Positions 23,007 through 34,477 of a stretch of DNA of 64,000 nucleotides are shown here, one piece after another. The notes beneath the pieces are model-generated. The model did no database searches and was not told the origin of the DNA. It worked only from the letters and a program-made list of their open reading frames with translations. Every line of letters begins with the position of its first letter. Positions within the stretch are counted from its first letter, which is position 1. This DNA comes from an uncultured Nitrososphaerales archaeon (GTDB lineage: Archaea > Thermoproteota > Nitrososphaeria > Nitrososphaerales > Nitrososphaeraceae): assembly GCA_963709405.1 (NCBI GenBank), contig CAVPXM010000069.1, positions 1 to 64,000 on the forward strand. The letters are read 5' to 3'. The translations under genes were made by a program, and so were the position numbers.

Positions 23007-23163
23007 ACAAATACAACTTGTATTGAGAAAGAAAGATTCCTGATGAAATTAATTAGAATTGTAATGATAAACGCCTAATATCGCAGTTACATAACAAACA
23101 TGTGACAAGGATATTTCACATATTTGACAAGTCTTAATTGGAATGATGTATATTTGATTCATT

Positions 23164-24291
23164 GTGAAATATTATCTTCTCGGTAAGAGCGGATTACGAG
23201 TTTCTGAAATCTGCCTTGGAACAATGACCTTTGGAGAAGAGTGGGGATGGGGTTCATCCAAGGAAGAAAGCCGCGAAGTATTCAAAAAATATGCTGATTC
23301 CGGTGGAAATTTTATAGACACTGCTAGTAACTACACAGCAGGAACTAGTGAAAGGTATGTAGGTGAATTTATTGCTGGAGATAGAGACAGATTTGTGATA
23401 GCAACTAAGTATACATCAAATATCAGGACAGGAGATCCTAACGCTGGTGGAAATCAACGCAAGAATATGATGCAATCATTGGAAAGGAGTTTGAGAAGTC
23501 TAAATACCGATTACATTGATCTGTATTGGATTCACGCTTGGGACCGGCTGACTCCAATAGAAGAGACTATGCGCGCTCTTGATGACATGATAAAGTTAGG
23601 TAAAGTACTGTATATCGGGATTTCAGATGCACCAGCTTGGATTGTTTCTCAAGCCAATACGCTTGCAAGTCTCAGAGGATGGACAGAATTCATAGGCATT
23701 CAGATTGAATATAGTTTAATCGAAAGAACCTCAGAACGTGAGCTTCTTCCTATGGCAAGGTCTTTGGATATAGGAGTAACTGCATGGTCTCCCTTGGGAG
23801 GCGGCGTTCTTACGGGCAAGTATAACACGAATGGAGTAGGGATGAATCAAGAAAGGAAAACCACTGGCACAAGTAATACTCAAGGCATCGATAGTGGTAG
23901 TAGATTGGAAGTGGCCCGAAGGTCAGGAATGGCAGAGATGGCAGATATGATGCTAAGTGACCGGAATTTGCTTATTGCACGAGAAGTCGTCAAGATATCC
24001 CAAGACATTGGACGTCCTCCAGCTCAAGTAGCTTTGAATTGGATTAGACAGCAGGATACTCCTCTTAAACTCTCAAGCAAGATTGTACCAATAATAGGTG
24101 CCCGCAATACAAGACATTTAGATGACAACTTGGCGTGCGTAGAATTTGAATTATCAGAGGGCCAGATGCAAAGATTAAATGAAGTTAGCAAAATTGAATT
24201 AGGTTTTCCCCATGATTTTCTAGCCCTTGACTTTATAAAGAATATAATTTACGGTGGGACATATGACTCGACCATTACTCCTCGAAAATGA
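23164..24291 (+). CDS. Aldo/keto reductase
   Basis: LGKSGLRVSEICLGTMTFG, FIDTASNY, IATK, YIDLYWIH, AWSPLGGG, PIIGAR. Confidence 0.95.
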   Translation: MKYYLLGKSGLRVSEICLGTMTFGEEWGWGSSKEESREVFKKYADSGGNFIDTASNYTAGTSERYVGEFIAGDRDRFVIATKYTSNIRTGDPNAGGNQRKNMMQSLERSLRSLNTDYIDLYWIHAWDRLTPIEETMRALDDMIKLGKVLYIGISDAPAWIVSQANTLASLRGWTEFIGIQIEYSLIERTSERELLPMARSLDIGVTAWSPLGGGVLTGKYNTNGVGMNQERKTTGTSNTQGIDSGSRLEVARRSGMAEMADMMLSDRNLLIAREVVKISQDIGRPPAQVALNWIRQQDTPLKLSSKIVPIIGARNTRHLDDNLACVEFELSEGQMQRLNEVSKIELGFPHDFLALDFIKNIIYGGTYDSTITPRK

Positions 24292-25779
24292 CCTTCCATT
24301 CAAATCTGTCCATGTAAAAGGCAAAACTGCTTTTTGTATACAAATTCGTTATTCCATATGACATGCCTTATTTTTTACGGTCAGATTAAGGATGATTAAT
24401 TTATAAATTTTGGTAGAACGACCATTCTACTTTGGAATGTATGGTCATGTAGCACGAGACAAAGCACAACTGAATAGTATAGGGAAAATGCGATCTTAAT
24501 TCGGCTCATAGGCTTCATAACTATTCGAGCAATATATGCCATTTATCAAATTTGCAAAATTGCTAGAATCAAGTCTTAGATGATGATGCTCAGTTTCATA
24601 TCTTATTATGCCTCATATAATTAGCGTAGAATTAATATTAGTCCGAATTAATGTCAATAACTGCGGACTAGAGCAATTAAATTGACGACTGTCATGTACC
24701 TTAATTTGCGGATTCTATTTATCATATGTCCAGCAATACTTCAAGTCTATTTTGTGTTTTCATTCAAGGCGGGCATCACTCGTATCTTGTATAATTGTCT
24801 GTTTAACTTAAATCGTGATTTCAGATACCCAGCATCTTTTTCTGCAAAAAATTAGTGTCTGGACTAGTCTACCAGTGTTCATGTAGCGGAATTACAAATG
24901 GACTGCCGACAAGAGCTAACCCTACAGTCATACCTATGATATAGATGTTTGATCTAATTTTTTCTTTCCACATGCTACAGGCTATTACATAGCATAATAG
25001 ACTTAAACCTTATCATAGAAATATTAAACATTTGTAAATTCAAAACCGAACTATACTTATAAATGTAAACCTACGCTCCTAAATAGCAAAATACATTTAT
25101 CAAATGCGAATATTATTTATTCGGTTACTCTATAACCGATATAATTCATCATCACAATCCTTCCAAGAAAAGTTAAACTCCTGCAAGTATAGTTGCCTTG
25201 GCCCCAACATCTGTTAGTTGTTGTGAACTAATAAAATAGTTGCCTATAAAAAGTATGGCTGTACCTGCATGTAGCCCGATTCCAAATTAGGACTTCAAGT
25301 CTATAGACTCTTTTCACGCTTCTACTATGAATTTAAGAATCTGCTGTTAGATAAGATGATGTTATTTTTATAGAAACTGATTACCACTTGATATCGTCCC
25401 ATTTTTCACCTACTAGATATAACAAATCTTTGCTTTTATTGTTGTCCCAACTAACTTTGATAACCTCTGCAATACGACTAAAAAATAATGTTCAAACCAT
25501 TCTTTATCGTTAAATTTCATCAATATGCAAATATTTTCTCCGAATGCATAACGTTACTTACTTTGAGACTACAAACTACAAAGCATACGTCAAAGTCTTT
25601 CACCATTACAAATTTGTCATGCTCGCTAGATCTAATTCGGTATATAGTATATTTTAGAGTAACAATAAATTGATAATACAGAAAGTTATGTTTAGAATTA
25701 TTAAATAAGCCTGTTTTGTTTAAGTGATATAACGATAGGAACAAGTAATGCTAATAGCTGAAGTGCTGCAACCAATCCA

Positions 25780-26065
25780 ACACCCACTACTAAACCTGTT
25801 GATGGTTACAATTCTGCGTAAGTCCATCAGCAGCAATAAGACATATTTTTGATCACCCTACCGTCAGAGTACAACATTACTGTACGCCAAATGATAAGAT
25901 AGTCCTGTTATGCCAGCTTTATGATAGCAGCTCAAAGAATGACACTCTAATAGGAGTAGAATATATAATTACAGCAACTCAATACAAGTTATTACCAAAT
26001 CGAGAGAAACCAAACTGGCATCTTCACAAGATAAAGTTTGCACCTTACAGAGACGACCCGAGATG
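25780..26065 (+). pseudogene. DUF1264 / oil-body-associated-protein-like remnant
   Basis: Manual translation RVQHYCTPNDKIVLLCQLYDSSSKNDTLIGVEYII...LPNREKPNWHLH matches the HYC...C..YDS...LIGVEY...WH.H signature; absent from the ORF track. Confidence 0.7.
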
Positions 26066-26830
26066 TTATCTGAGCTTTCTGCATCTCGAGCCAAAGCTTT
26101 GGTGGCTAGACCTTGCTCCAGCAATTGTCTCTGGAGTCGAACGATTTGTGACTCTACTGGTCGGCTACATTTATAGGCACATCAATAGTTGCCCTAATGT
26201 TTAGAAGGATGTTCATATCAAGAGAATCGTAGGTTTGTCCCAGCATTTCTCTACACAAAAAATCTATCTCGCATAGAGATCACATCATGATTTCGAACGA
26301 ATATTTGAATCTGTAATTTTATAGCATAAGGGTGGCTGGAAGCCCAATGAAATACAACTGAGTCTTAAGGCAGTTGTAAGTCGCATTGGAAAAGAGCAAG
26401 TTTTTTTACTGTACATGGACAGCCGGGTTATCCTACTAGTGTTACATCCATGATGAAACTGAAAAAGAATCCTAGAAATCAAGAGGGTAAGAGTACTAAA
26501 TAGATTTCTAGTTTTAGTCTACCATTTAAACATAGACGTCTCAATAATAGCCCCAATCTAACCGCGTAATTTAAAAGTCACCATGCATCAATATTTTTTA
26601 ATGCTACCCTCTTCAATAATTTCACTATTCTCTGCTGTCCTCGCATTTTATTATAAAATCTTGTGATACATTCGACGAATATACCGCAAATGAAATATAA
26701 GAAGCAAATAATAACAGTAAGAATAACATATCGGATGACTTCATCTAGTATGGTTGGTATACACTGCATTGCACAATAATCTCCAGCTTTATAGATTCAT
26801 TAAATTAGCCATAAATCAGAGTGTTACCAT

Positions 26831-27802
26831 TTGATAACAATTAAAAACCTATTTAAAAGATATGAAAATCTAACTGTTGTCGATAATCTAAACCTGACTA
26901 TTGATGAAAATGAAGTATTTGGACTTCTTGGTCCAAACGGAGCTGGGAAAACTACGACAATTCATATTCTTGCTACTTTACTCAAACCTACTTCAGGTAC
27001 CGCCATAGTGAATGGTTACGACATTATAAGAGAAGCATCTAAGGTTAGATCTAGTATAGGTATAGTATTTCAAGCACCAAGCAGTGATGATATGCTTACT
27101 GCGTATGAAAATCTTAAACTCCACTCTTTGCTTTATGCTGTACCAAGAGATATTAGAGAAAGAAGAATTGCTGAAGTATTAGACTTGGTAGGATTAACTG
27201 AAAGAAAAGATGATCAGGTTAAGAAATATTCTGGAGGAATGAGAAGACGATTGGAAATAGCAAGAGGTCTGCTTCACAAACCTAAAGTGATTTTCCTTGA
27301 TGAGCCAACATTAGGTCTTGACCCAAGTAGTAGGGAAACTATGTGGGGATATATACAGCGGCTTGTAAAAGAGGAGAAGATAACCATAATATTGACAACT
27401 CATTATATGGAAGAAGCCGATCTACTGTGTGATAGAATTGGTATTATTGATAGGGGTAAAATTATTGCTCTTGATTCTCCATTGAGATTAAAAGAAAGCA
27501 TTGGAGGTGCCATTATAAAATTAAAAGTCAGTCCAAATTCAAATCTAAATCTTGCCTCTTTAAAGCAATTTAATTTCATTCACAAAGTTGAATTCGCTAA
27601 TGAAGGAGTTATTACATTGTCAGTCAATGATCCAACCCACAATATTCCTATACTTTTGAAATATGCCAATAATGTTGAATCAATAGAATATAGTATTCCT
27701 ACACTTAATGATGTATTTCTGCAGCTAACTGGCAGACAAATAGCCAAAGATGAACATTCTGAAGGAGGTTTCATGGAAAAATATGCTCAATATGGCAAGT
27801 AA
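26831..27802 (+). CDS. ABC transporter ATP-binding protein (DrrA-like)
   Basis: GPNGAGKTT, YSGGMRRRLEIARG, FLDEPT, TTHYMEEA. Confidence 0.95.
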   Translation: MITIKNLFKRYENLTVVDNLNLTIDENEVFGLLGPNGAGKTTTIHILATLLKPTSGTAIVNGYDIIREASKVRSSIGIVFQAPSSDDMLTAYENLKLHSLLYAVPRDIRERRIAEVLDLVGLTERKDDQVKKYSGGMRRRLEIARGLLHKPKVIFLDEPTLGLDPSSRETMWGYIQRLVKEEKITIILTTHYMEEADLLCDRIGIIDRGKIIALDSPLRLKESIGGAIIKLKVSPNSNLNLASLKQFNFIHKVEFANEGVITLSVNDPTHNIPILLKYANNVESIEYSIPTLNDVFLQLTGRQIAKDEHSEGGFMEKYAQYGK

Positions 27803-28580
27803 TATTGATACAATAGAAATAATTCTTGGCAGATTATATGCCATTTGGTTTAGAGAATTCAAAGTATTCCTCAGAGAGCATAGCAGGTTAATAGCAGCCA
27901 CCTTTACTCCATTGCTGTGGCTGTTTGTTATTGGTTCTGGCTTTGGTTCTGCTTTGCAGCCTTCCCTAACAACAGGTGGCATAGACTATCAAAAATTCAT
28001 ATATCCTGGTATAATCAGCATGTCTATAATATTTTCCTCTGTATTTTTTGGTTCGTACATAATATGGGATAGAAAGTTTGATTTTCTTAAAAGTGTAATG
28101 GTAGCTCCAGTTAGCAGAGACACTGTTTTTGTAGGAAAGACACTTGGAGGTATGACCACTTCACTAGTACAAGTAGCAATACTTTTAGGTGTAGGCGTCA
28201 TTATAGGAATTCACTTTAATGCACTTTCTTTAGTTCAGACTATTGCAGTTGTATTGCTTCTTTCATTTTCCTTAACCTCACTAGGTCTTACTATTGGTAG
28301 CTATATTGAAAGTCTAGAAGGGTTTCAATTAATAGTGAGCTTTGTTGTATTCCCTTTATTCTTTTTAAGTGGAGCTCTCTTTCCATTAAAGAATCTGCCG
28401 GTATGGCTTTCTTTTTTAACTGCAATAGACCCTGCTACCTATGCGGTGGATGCTCTTAGAAGTGCAATGTTAGGGATTGCTAATTATTCGTTTGTACTAG
28501 ATATTGGTATCTTGGCTGCATTTACTATCGGGTTTGGGATACTTGGGGCATATTCTTTTCGAAGAATGAGGGCCGTTTAG
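27792..28580 (+). CDS. ABC-2 type permease (DrrB-like)
   Basis: Six TMs, FIYPGI, VAPVSR, FFLSGALFP, DPATYAVD; overlaps the ATPase stop (start 27792 preferred over 27750). Confidence 0.92.
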   Translation: MASNIDTIEIILGRLYAIWFREFKVFLREHSRLIAATFTPLLWLFVIGSGFGSALQPSLTTGGIDYQKFIYPGIISMSIIFSSVFFGSYIIWDRKFDFLKSVMVAPVSRDTVFVGKTLGGMTTSLVQVAILLGVGVIIGIHFNALSLVQTIAVVLLLSFSLTSLGLTIGSYIESLEGFQLIVSFVVFPLFFLSGALFPLKNLPVWLSFLTAIDPATYAVDALRSAMLGIANYSFVLDIGILAAFTIGFGILGAYSFRRMRAV

Positions 28581-29456
28581 TTAATACCTGAGCAAACTAA
28601 GTTCCAAGATTTAGATTATCTACTTGTAGTCTAAGGTACTTCTTTGACAGTTATAAGAGAACACTATTCAGCTTAGAAGTACCAGGATGGTGGATGACGT
28701 TCATCTAATCAAAGAAATTATATCTTTTCGACTGTATCCTTTCGACGACCATCGATATTACTTGATATGAGGAAGGTAAAGTTATAGTTAGCAGCAGAAC
28801 TGCTTTATCTCCTCTTCGTTTGCCTTCAATATTTGAAGCCACTTTATTACCTTTTTTTGTGCTTGTACTTCCCAAACAGTTTAAGAAGGCTTTTTGGCGC
28901 ACACTGCACCCGCCATCCATTCAATTTTTTTGTATTATGAAGAGACACTTTTTTTGGAAAGTCTTTTTTAAGTATTGTAATGATACCCATATGAAAGGCA
29001 GTAACAACGATTAATTCTGTGCTAGTATTGCTATTGGTATTGGTATTGGTTGCTGCCACAGGAATTGTGGGGCCAATGTCAGTAGCCGCAACATCGATAT
29101 CAATTACTGCAACAGTGGAACCAAACAGCGTTCGTTTATCTGCTTTTGAAATAGTTCATAAAGAGTTGGCTTAGTACGAGGTCGTAATGTCGTTAGTACC
29201 TCCTACAGTAGGGACGATCGGTCTCCTCTTCGCATTTGGTTCTCTAGTGCCTTGAAAAGATATGGAATATCCTGATCGCTCAAAGGCTGTTCAAACTCTT
29301 CCAAAACTTTTTCTTGTTCTAAAAGAGTTTAAAGAGGCCATATCATCAAACTATTATTTTCTAAAAATAATCAGTGTACTGTACTACCTAAATCCTTAGA
29401 AGGCATAAAATGTTGAAATAAGATATAAGAAATTGATCGTACATACGCAAGGTCAA

Positions 29457-29750
29457 TTAAGATAGCTTTTCAATTATTTCTGCTGCTTGAGACAGCGGAA
29501 ATGCCTTTAGTGTTTCGCTACGTGCATTTCCAAGTTTCCCAGTAGATAACAAAACTGACATTATTGCCTCATCATTTGGAGCTTCAACTATCGTTACGAT
29601 GTCATGCTTTCCAAATGTGTAATATTCGCTGATTACTCTACCACCCGCATCTTCAACAGGAGCTTTATAATTTTCAGCTCGCTTTATAGTATCTTTCACG
29701 TTTCTTATTCCCTGTTCTGTAAAATTAAATAGTATGATATAGTGAGGCAT
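29457..29750 (-). CDS. GYD-domain protein
   Basis: MPHYIILFNFTEQGIRNVK...YYTFGKHDIVTIVEAP...GNARSETLKAF. Confidence 0.88.
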   Translation of the reverse strand: MPHYIILFNFTEQGIRNVKDTIKRAENYKAPVEDAGGRVISEYYTFGKHDIVTIVEAPNDEAIMSVLLSTGKLGNARSETLKAFPLSQAAEIIEKLS

Positions 29751-30099
29751 TGCTCCTATTGAAACCAAAGAAGCTTTTATTATACTTTTTGTTGCACAGA
29801 GATATTTTCTTCTTTGCAATAATGGCCCACTCTCAGCTCCTTAAGCAATAATCGAGCATGTTTTTGACAATTGTGGAAAATAGCATGTTATCGATCGATG
29901 TAGCCTTCGACTCTGGCTGTAGTCATTCTGCAGTTTGCAATCTATGTTGTCTAGGTTGTCGGATCATATGAGATCTACGGTTGCACAATGGCTATCCGCG
30001 AGTTAGAATATGCACGATGTTACTTTTGTATAGTATCTAAGAGTTTACTAATTTATTGTGAAAAGACATATAGCTCATTAGTGACCAGTTTTGTCTTCA

Positions 30100-30175
30100 A
30101 TCCTCCCCTTCTGTCAAGTTCTGCTATTTTGCTTCTTCTCCACTCTATTTGTGACCTTTCAACTTCTATGCTCAA
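30100..30175 (-). pseudogene. N-terminal shard of a Nitrososphaeraceae HTH protein (QIEWRR family, putative terminase-small-subunit-like)
   Basis: TTG at 30175 gives MSIEVERSQIEWRRSKIAELD, then resemblance is lost. Confidence 0.55.
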
Positions 30176-30658
30176 AGTTTCAATATTTTCCTTCGTAAAT
30201 TGATTAGGCTTTCAACTCTCACGCCCAAGCTATGCTGCAAGTCCATAATTATCTGATTTCAAATCTATAAGCGTTAAAGTCAGCTTTATGTATTTCCTAT
30301 AACTCTTCTAATTGGGTAATAATCTCAAATATTCCCCCAATTATGGTAAATTTATTATTTTACTGATAAATAGATATATCTTAGTAATTGTATCAATGAA
30401 TATATAAACGAAGGGGATGAGGGTAAATTTTAAGTGAGATAAGTACAGACGATAATAACAAGACGAGCTAAAAACCATTATCCTTATCCCATTTTAGATA
30501 AGGATATTTCTTTTTATGAGCCTGATCATGGTAACAACGATCCTCAGGAGCATTATAATTCTGGATCTTCTTTTCATCCTGTCCATAATTTACAAAATCA
30601 AGAATCAAATTCAAATACTACTGATGTCGAAAGCGAAACAAAAGAACTATCATTTCTC

Positions 30659-31036
30659 AAAAAGATTCTTGTTGTAGATGATGATCCTGACCTTACATTA
30701 ACCTTCAAGGTGGGTTTAGAAGGATATTATCACGATGACAAGATAAGATTTGAAATATACACTTATAACGATCCTTTATTAGCTTTGACACAATTCAAGC
30801 CACATTTTTATGATCTGTTGCTAACTGATATTTATATGCCTGATATGAATGGCTTTGAATTATGTCAAAAGATATTAGTATTAGATGTTAACGTTGAAGT
30901 ATGTTTTATGTCTGCAGCAGAACTAAATATACAAGCACTAAGAGAAGTCTACCCATCATTAAGCTTTGGATGTTATATTAAAAAGCCAGTTACAATGGAT
31001 CAGTTGGTTGAAAGGTTATCGGCGGAATTAGATTAG
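30659..31036 (+). CDS. Response regulator receiver domain (start codon uncertain; frame open upstream of GTG 30710)
   Basis: KKILVVDDDPDL...YDLLLTDIYMPDMNGFEL...FMSA...YIKKP. Confidence 0.85.
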   Translation, partial: KKILVVDDDPDLTLTFKVGLEGYYHDDKIRFEIYTYNDPLLALTQFKPHFYDLLLTDIYMPDMNGFELCQKILVLDVNVEVCFMSAAELNIQALREVYPSLSFGCYIKKPVTMDQLVERLSAELD

Positions 31037-31244
31037 TAATAGTATAATATTATCTAGCATATTAGAGCCAAGCCAGAATTGCTTACTTAAATAATTATTA
31101 ACGTGTTCTCGTCTATAATATATCTGAGTAGTGGCTAGTGTAGAAGAAGTTATTAATTATAATCTGGTAAGGAATTGTCTTGTATTAGGAAGTGAATTTA
31201 TGTAAAGATACTTGAAATGAAACTGCTAAAATGTGTATTACAAC

Positions 31245-33437
31245 TCATGACATTGGTAAACTAAATGAAAACGTAGCACCTTTAGTATCTTTGTTATTCT
31301 CAGCCCATATTTTACCACCATGGGATTCTACAATACTTTTTGATATGAATAATCCCAAACCAGTACCTGTTTGTGATTTTGTAGCAAACTTTGTAAAGAG
31401 TTTTGGTAATATTTCAGGATCTATGCCTTGACCAGTATCCTTCACGCTAATCACAACATAGTCGTTAATACTATAGTTATCATCTTTTTTCCGTTCTAAG
31501 CTAATAGATATCGTTCCTTTTTGCGTGAATTTAACAGCATTGCTTAGCAGGTTAGAGATAACTTGGATTATCCTTCCTTTATCTGCTTGTACAAAAATAT
31601 TTTGAGGACGATATTCTAATTTTATTGGCGACATATTCCTTTCTTTTAAGGAAGCATGACTTGTTAATGTATCATTTATAGCATTTGTTATTACATCATC
31701 TACATTGAATTGCTCTTCTTTAAGACATAATGAGTGGCTCTCGATCCTTGTAACATCCAATATGTCTTCTGTAAGCCGCTGCAATCTATTTGCACTTCTC
31801 TTAATAGTATCTAGTAATCCTTTGTACTGCTCAATATCCCCTTTTTTAGAAAGAAGAACATCAGATAACCCGAGTATTGGTTGAATAGGAGTGCGCAATT
31901 CATGTGCCGCGACATTGATAAACTCCTTTTGCATTTTATCACGCATTTTCAATTGTTCATGTGCCTCTTTTAGTTGCTCGTATAATTCAGTTTGTCCCCA
32001 CAAATTTTCAAATATGGCAACATAAGATGAAACCCCAGCTTTGCTATTAGAATAGGTTGATAATCCTATTGCTTCGACAAAAGTTGTTTTTGAATCATCC
32101 TTTAATTCCATTACCAGTGAAGCCTTTCTATCAACTACTAATATAGTGGCTTTAGTATCTGACATCTGTACAATATATCTGACATCTATTATATTGTTAG
32201 AACAACAATATTGTTTTAGCCGTTGTACTTTTTGTTCAATTAAACCGCTTGCAGGTATCATTATTCTAACTCTAACATTTCTTTGTGTGGCTGCCTCTTC
32301 TGCTAATTGTATTGCTCCTATCTTCTCTTGACGGATAAAAGCATTGATGCTAGGAAATATCCATAATATTTCCTCTGAGGCTGACTTGACTATATTCAAA
32401 TATAGCTCCTGCGTTCTTGCTGAGCTTGGAATAACTTCAATATCAGCCAAGTCTACTCCTACTTCGATATCTTTTATTCTCTGTATAGCATCAACTCCAT
32501 TCTTCCATAGCTCTTCAAAAATAGAATTATAATGTCTAATATAAGCTGGTTCATTACTAGTCAAAAGGCTTTTCATAAGCTTACCATTCTTCATCTTATC
32601 TATAGTGGCATAAAAGTATCTGTCATCAACAGCAAAATTCATAGGTGTTAGGTTTTTGAGGTGCCTTGTTTGTATACCTGCATTTAGAAATAGTTTAACT
32701 AACTCTATATTGTCCTTGTCTATAGAAGTAATCCAACGTATGCCTTTACCTTTTTTTCTTCCTCCTCTTTGCCTATCAATTATTTTCTTGTATTCTTGAA
32801 AGAAATTATTATAAACTAATTGCATTCCACCCATTGAAGAAACAACCGATCTTTCGCTGGCCTTCTCAATAACAGATTTCATATGTTTAAAGATTTGTTC
32901 TTTATTTTCTAATACTTTAGTTTCATAATGTATTATCCCTTCTTCTATCTCCTTGATCTTCTGCTCAGCTGGTATAGATCTAGTCCAAAAACTATCAAAT
33001 ACAAATTGTCGCTGGTATTCTACGATTTCCTTTACATTACTGTATATTATCTGGGATGCTGGCTTTCCTTTCTCATGGAAAGTAGCAGGAGCAATGTATT
33101 CTGTTTCGCTCAAGTAGAAATTACCTTTAATACCTGCTATGTGACGAAGCTCATCAACTATCTTTATTAATTCTTTACAATAGCTAACATTATCCTCAGT
33201 AATTTCAGTAACGTATCTTAATTTGACACCTCTACTCTTAGCATCAAGAAATGCTTTCCTTAGCTCTTCGATTTCAACGACTAATGACGGTCTAGTGTAA
33301 TCTACACAGGCATCGATTCTATTCGTTGCTTTAGAGGTAAATTGTAACACAATATTTACTACATTCTGCTCACCATGTAATACCTCAGTCCTTTCACCGA
33401 TGGCATCTGATGACGATGGTGATGCTTGTGTAGTCAA
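31245..33437 (-). CDS. Soluble sensor histidine kinase with repeated N-terminal domains
   Basis: H-box AAHELRTPIQPI, N-box NLLSNAVKFT, DTGQGI, GTGLGL; no TM. Confidence 0.95.
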   Translation of the reverse strand: MTTQASPSSSDAIGERTEVLHGEQNVVNIVLQFTSKATNRIDACVDYTRPSLVVEIEELRKAFLDAKSRGVKLRYVTEITEDNVSYCKELIKIVDELRHIAGIKGNFYLSETEYIAPATFHEKGKPASQIIYSNVKEIVEYQRQFVFDSFWTRSIPAEQKIKEIEEGIIHYETKVLENKEQIFKHMKSVIEKASERSVVSSMGGMQLVYNNFFQEYKKIIDRQRGGRKKGKGIRWITSIDKDNIELVKLFLNAGIQTRHLKNLTPMNFAVDDRYFYATIDKMKNGKLMKSLLTSNEPAYIRHYNSIFEELWKNGVDAIQRIKDIEVGVDLADIEVIPSSARTQELYLNIVKSASEEILWIFPSINAFIRQEKIGAIQLAEEAATQRNVRVRIMIPASGLIEQKVQRLKQYCCSNNIIDVRYIVQMSDTKATILVVDRKASLVMELKDDSKTTFVEAIGLSTYSNSKAGVSSYVAIFENLWGQTELYEQLKEAHEQLKMRDKMQKEFINVAAHELRTPIQPILGLSDVLLSKKGDIEQYKGLLDTIKRSANRLQRLTEDILDVTRIESHSLCLKEEQFNVDDVITNAINDTLTSHASLKERNMSPIKLEYRPQNIFVQADKGRIIQVISNLLSNAVKFTQKGTISISLERKKDDNYSINDYVVISVKDTGQGIDPEILPKLFTKFATKSQTGTGLGLFISKSIVESHGGKIWAENNKDTKGATFSFSLPMS

Positions 33438-33614
33438 AGAATCATCTAATAGTTACTAATAAATTGGTAAGTATAAAATATTAACTGGAAACGTTCTGCT
33501 ATCTATTGCTGCTCTTGGTAACTATTAATGACATTTCTTAGAAAAGTGTCCGCAATAACGGATGACAGTCATAAAAAGCAGATATGCTAATTATGGACCA
33601 AACCTAGGAGCAAG

Positions 33615-33765
33615 AGCTTTTCCTATAAATAATCTCTTCATCCTATCGATTAGAGCAATTGCTAAATCTATTCTAGGTCTTGTGACAATACACATTTGTG
33701 AACCTGATAATGCATTATCTTTTATGCAAAGCCAGGCCATAAACCTGAGCATAAATTCAGAGAAC
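33615..33765 (-). pseudogene. Shard of a terminase-large-subunit-like ATPase (Nitrososphaeraceae family)
   Basis: Manual translation SEFMLRFMAWLCIKDNALSGSQMCIVTRPRIDLAIALIDRMKRLFIGK resembles the segment just after Walker A in these proteins. Confidence 0.65.
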
Positions 33766-34477
33766 GAGTAATTTGAATTATCATCATTTTACATTAGGAA
33801 TAACAGAAATTTCAAAAGAGGCGCCAAAGGGTTGAAGGCGGCAGTTAATCCAAATGCCGCCAACGTAGAAAGCCGGACCATCACCACCAAGTAAAAATCC
33901 AGACTTCTCACGTACCCTTGCTCATTCGAATGAATTAAGAATATTTTTATAAGATTTGCCTTTATGTATTGCTCACTTCCTGAATGTAACTTAACTAAGA
34001 ATGAGAGTAACATTTTTCCCATTCTTCTTAATTAATATATATGTATATTTTTCACAGTTAAATCCCTATGACTCTACACGACCCAAACATGTTAAACCCC
34101 CGTATGTATTATGAGATCCACATTTTTCTACAACAGCTTATCTCATCATTTCTCTTATCTCATCATTTCTTGCGTTTGTAATATCCTGGTCTTTCTATAG
34201 ATCTTATGGATTTTCTGGTTTTGGATATCTTTTGGGCCTGCCAATGGGATTTACACTTTTGGGCATATCTTTTCTATTTCATTATTTAAGTCTGAGTTAT
34301 AGATTCCTTTTTGTATACCCATAGTAATTCATTCCTACTGTTGATCGCAGTGCTCTTTTCTCCTTGATAGTGTCAAATTATCCTGGCCCAGGAATATGCC
34401 AGTCTCTACTTATTATGTCCATCGAATAGACGAATGAATGAACCTTTTACTATTATTAGCTGTCAACTTATGTTTAT

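Noticed and set aside
29988-30203. 71-aa plus-strand ORF
   Set aside because: Antisense shadow of the QIEWRR HTH shard
30100-33765. Intact provirus
   Set aside because: Only short shards; no capsid, portal, integrase or att sites recognised
33562-33771. 69-aa plus-strand ORF
   Set aside because: Antisense shadow of the terminase-like shard
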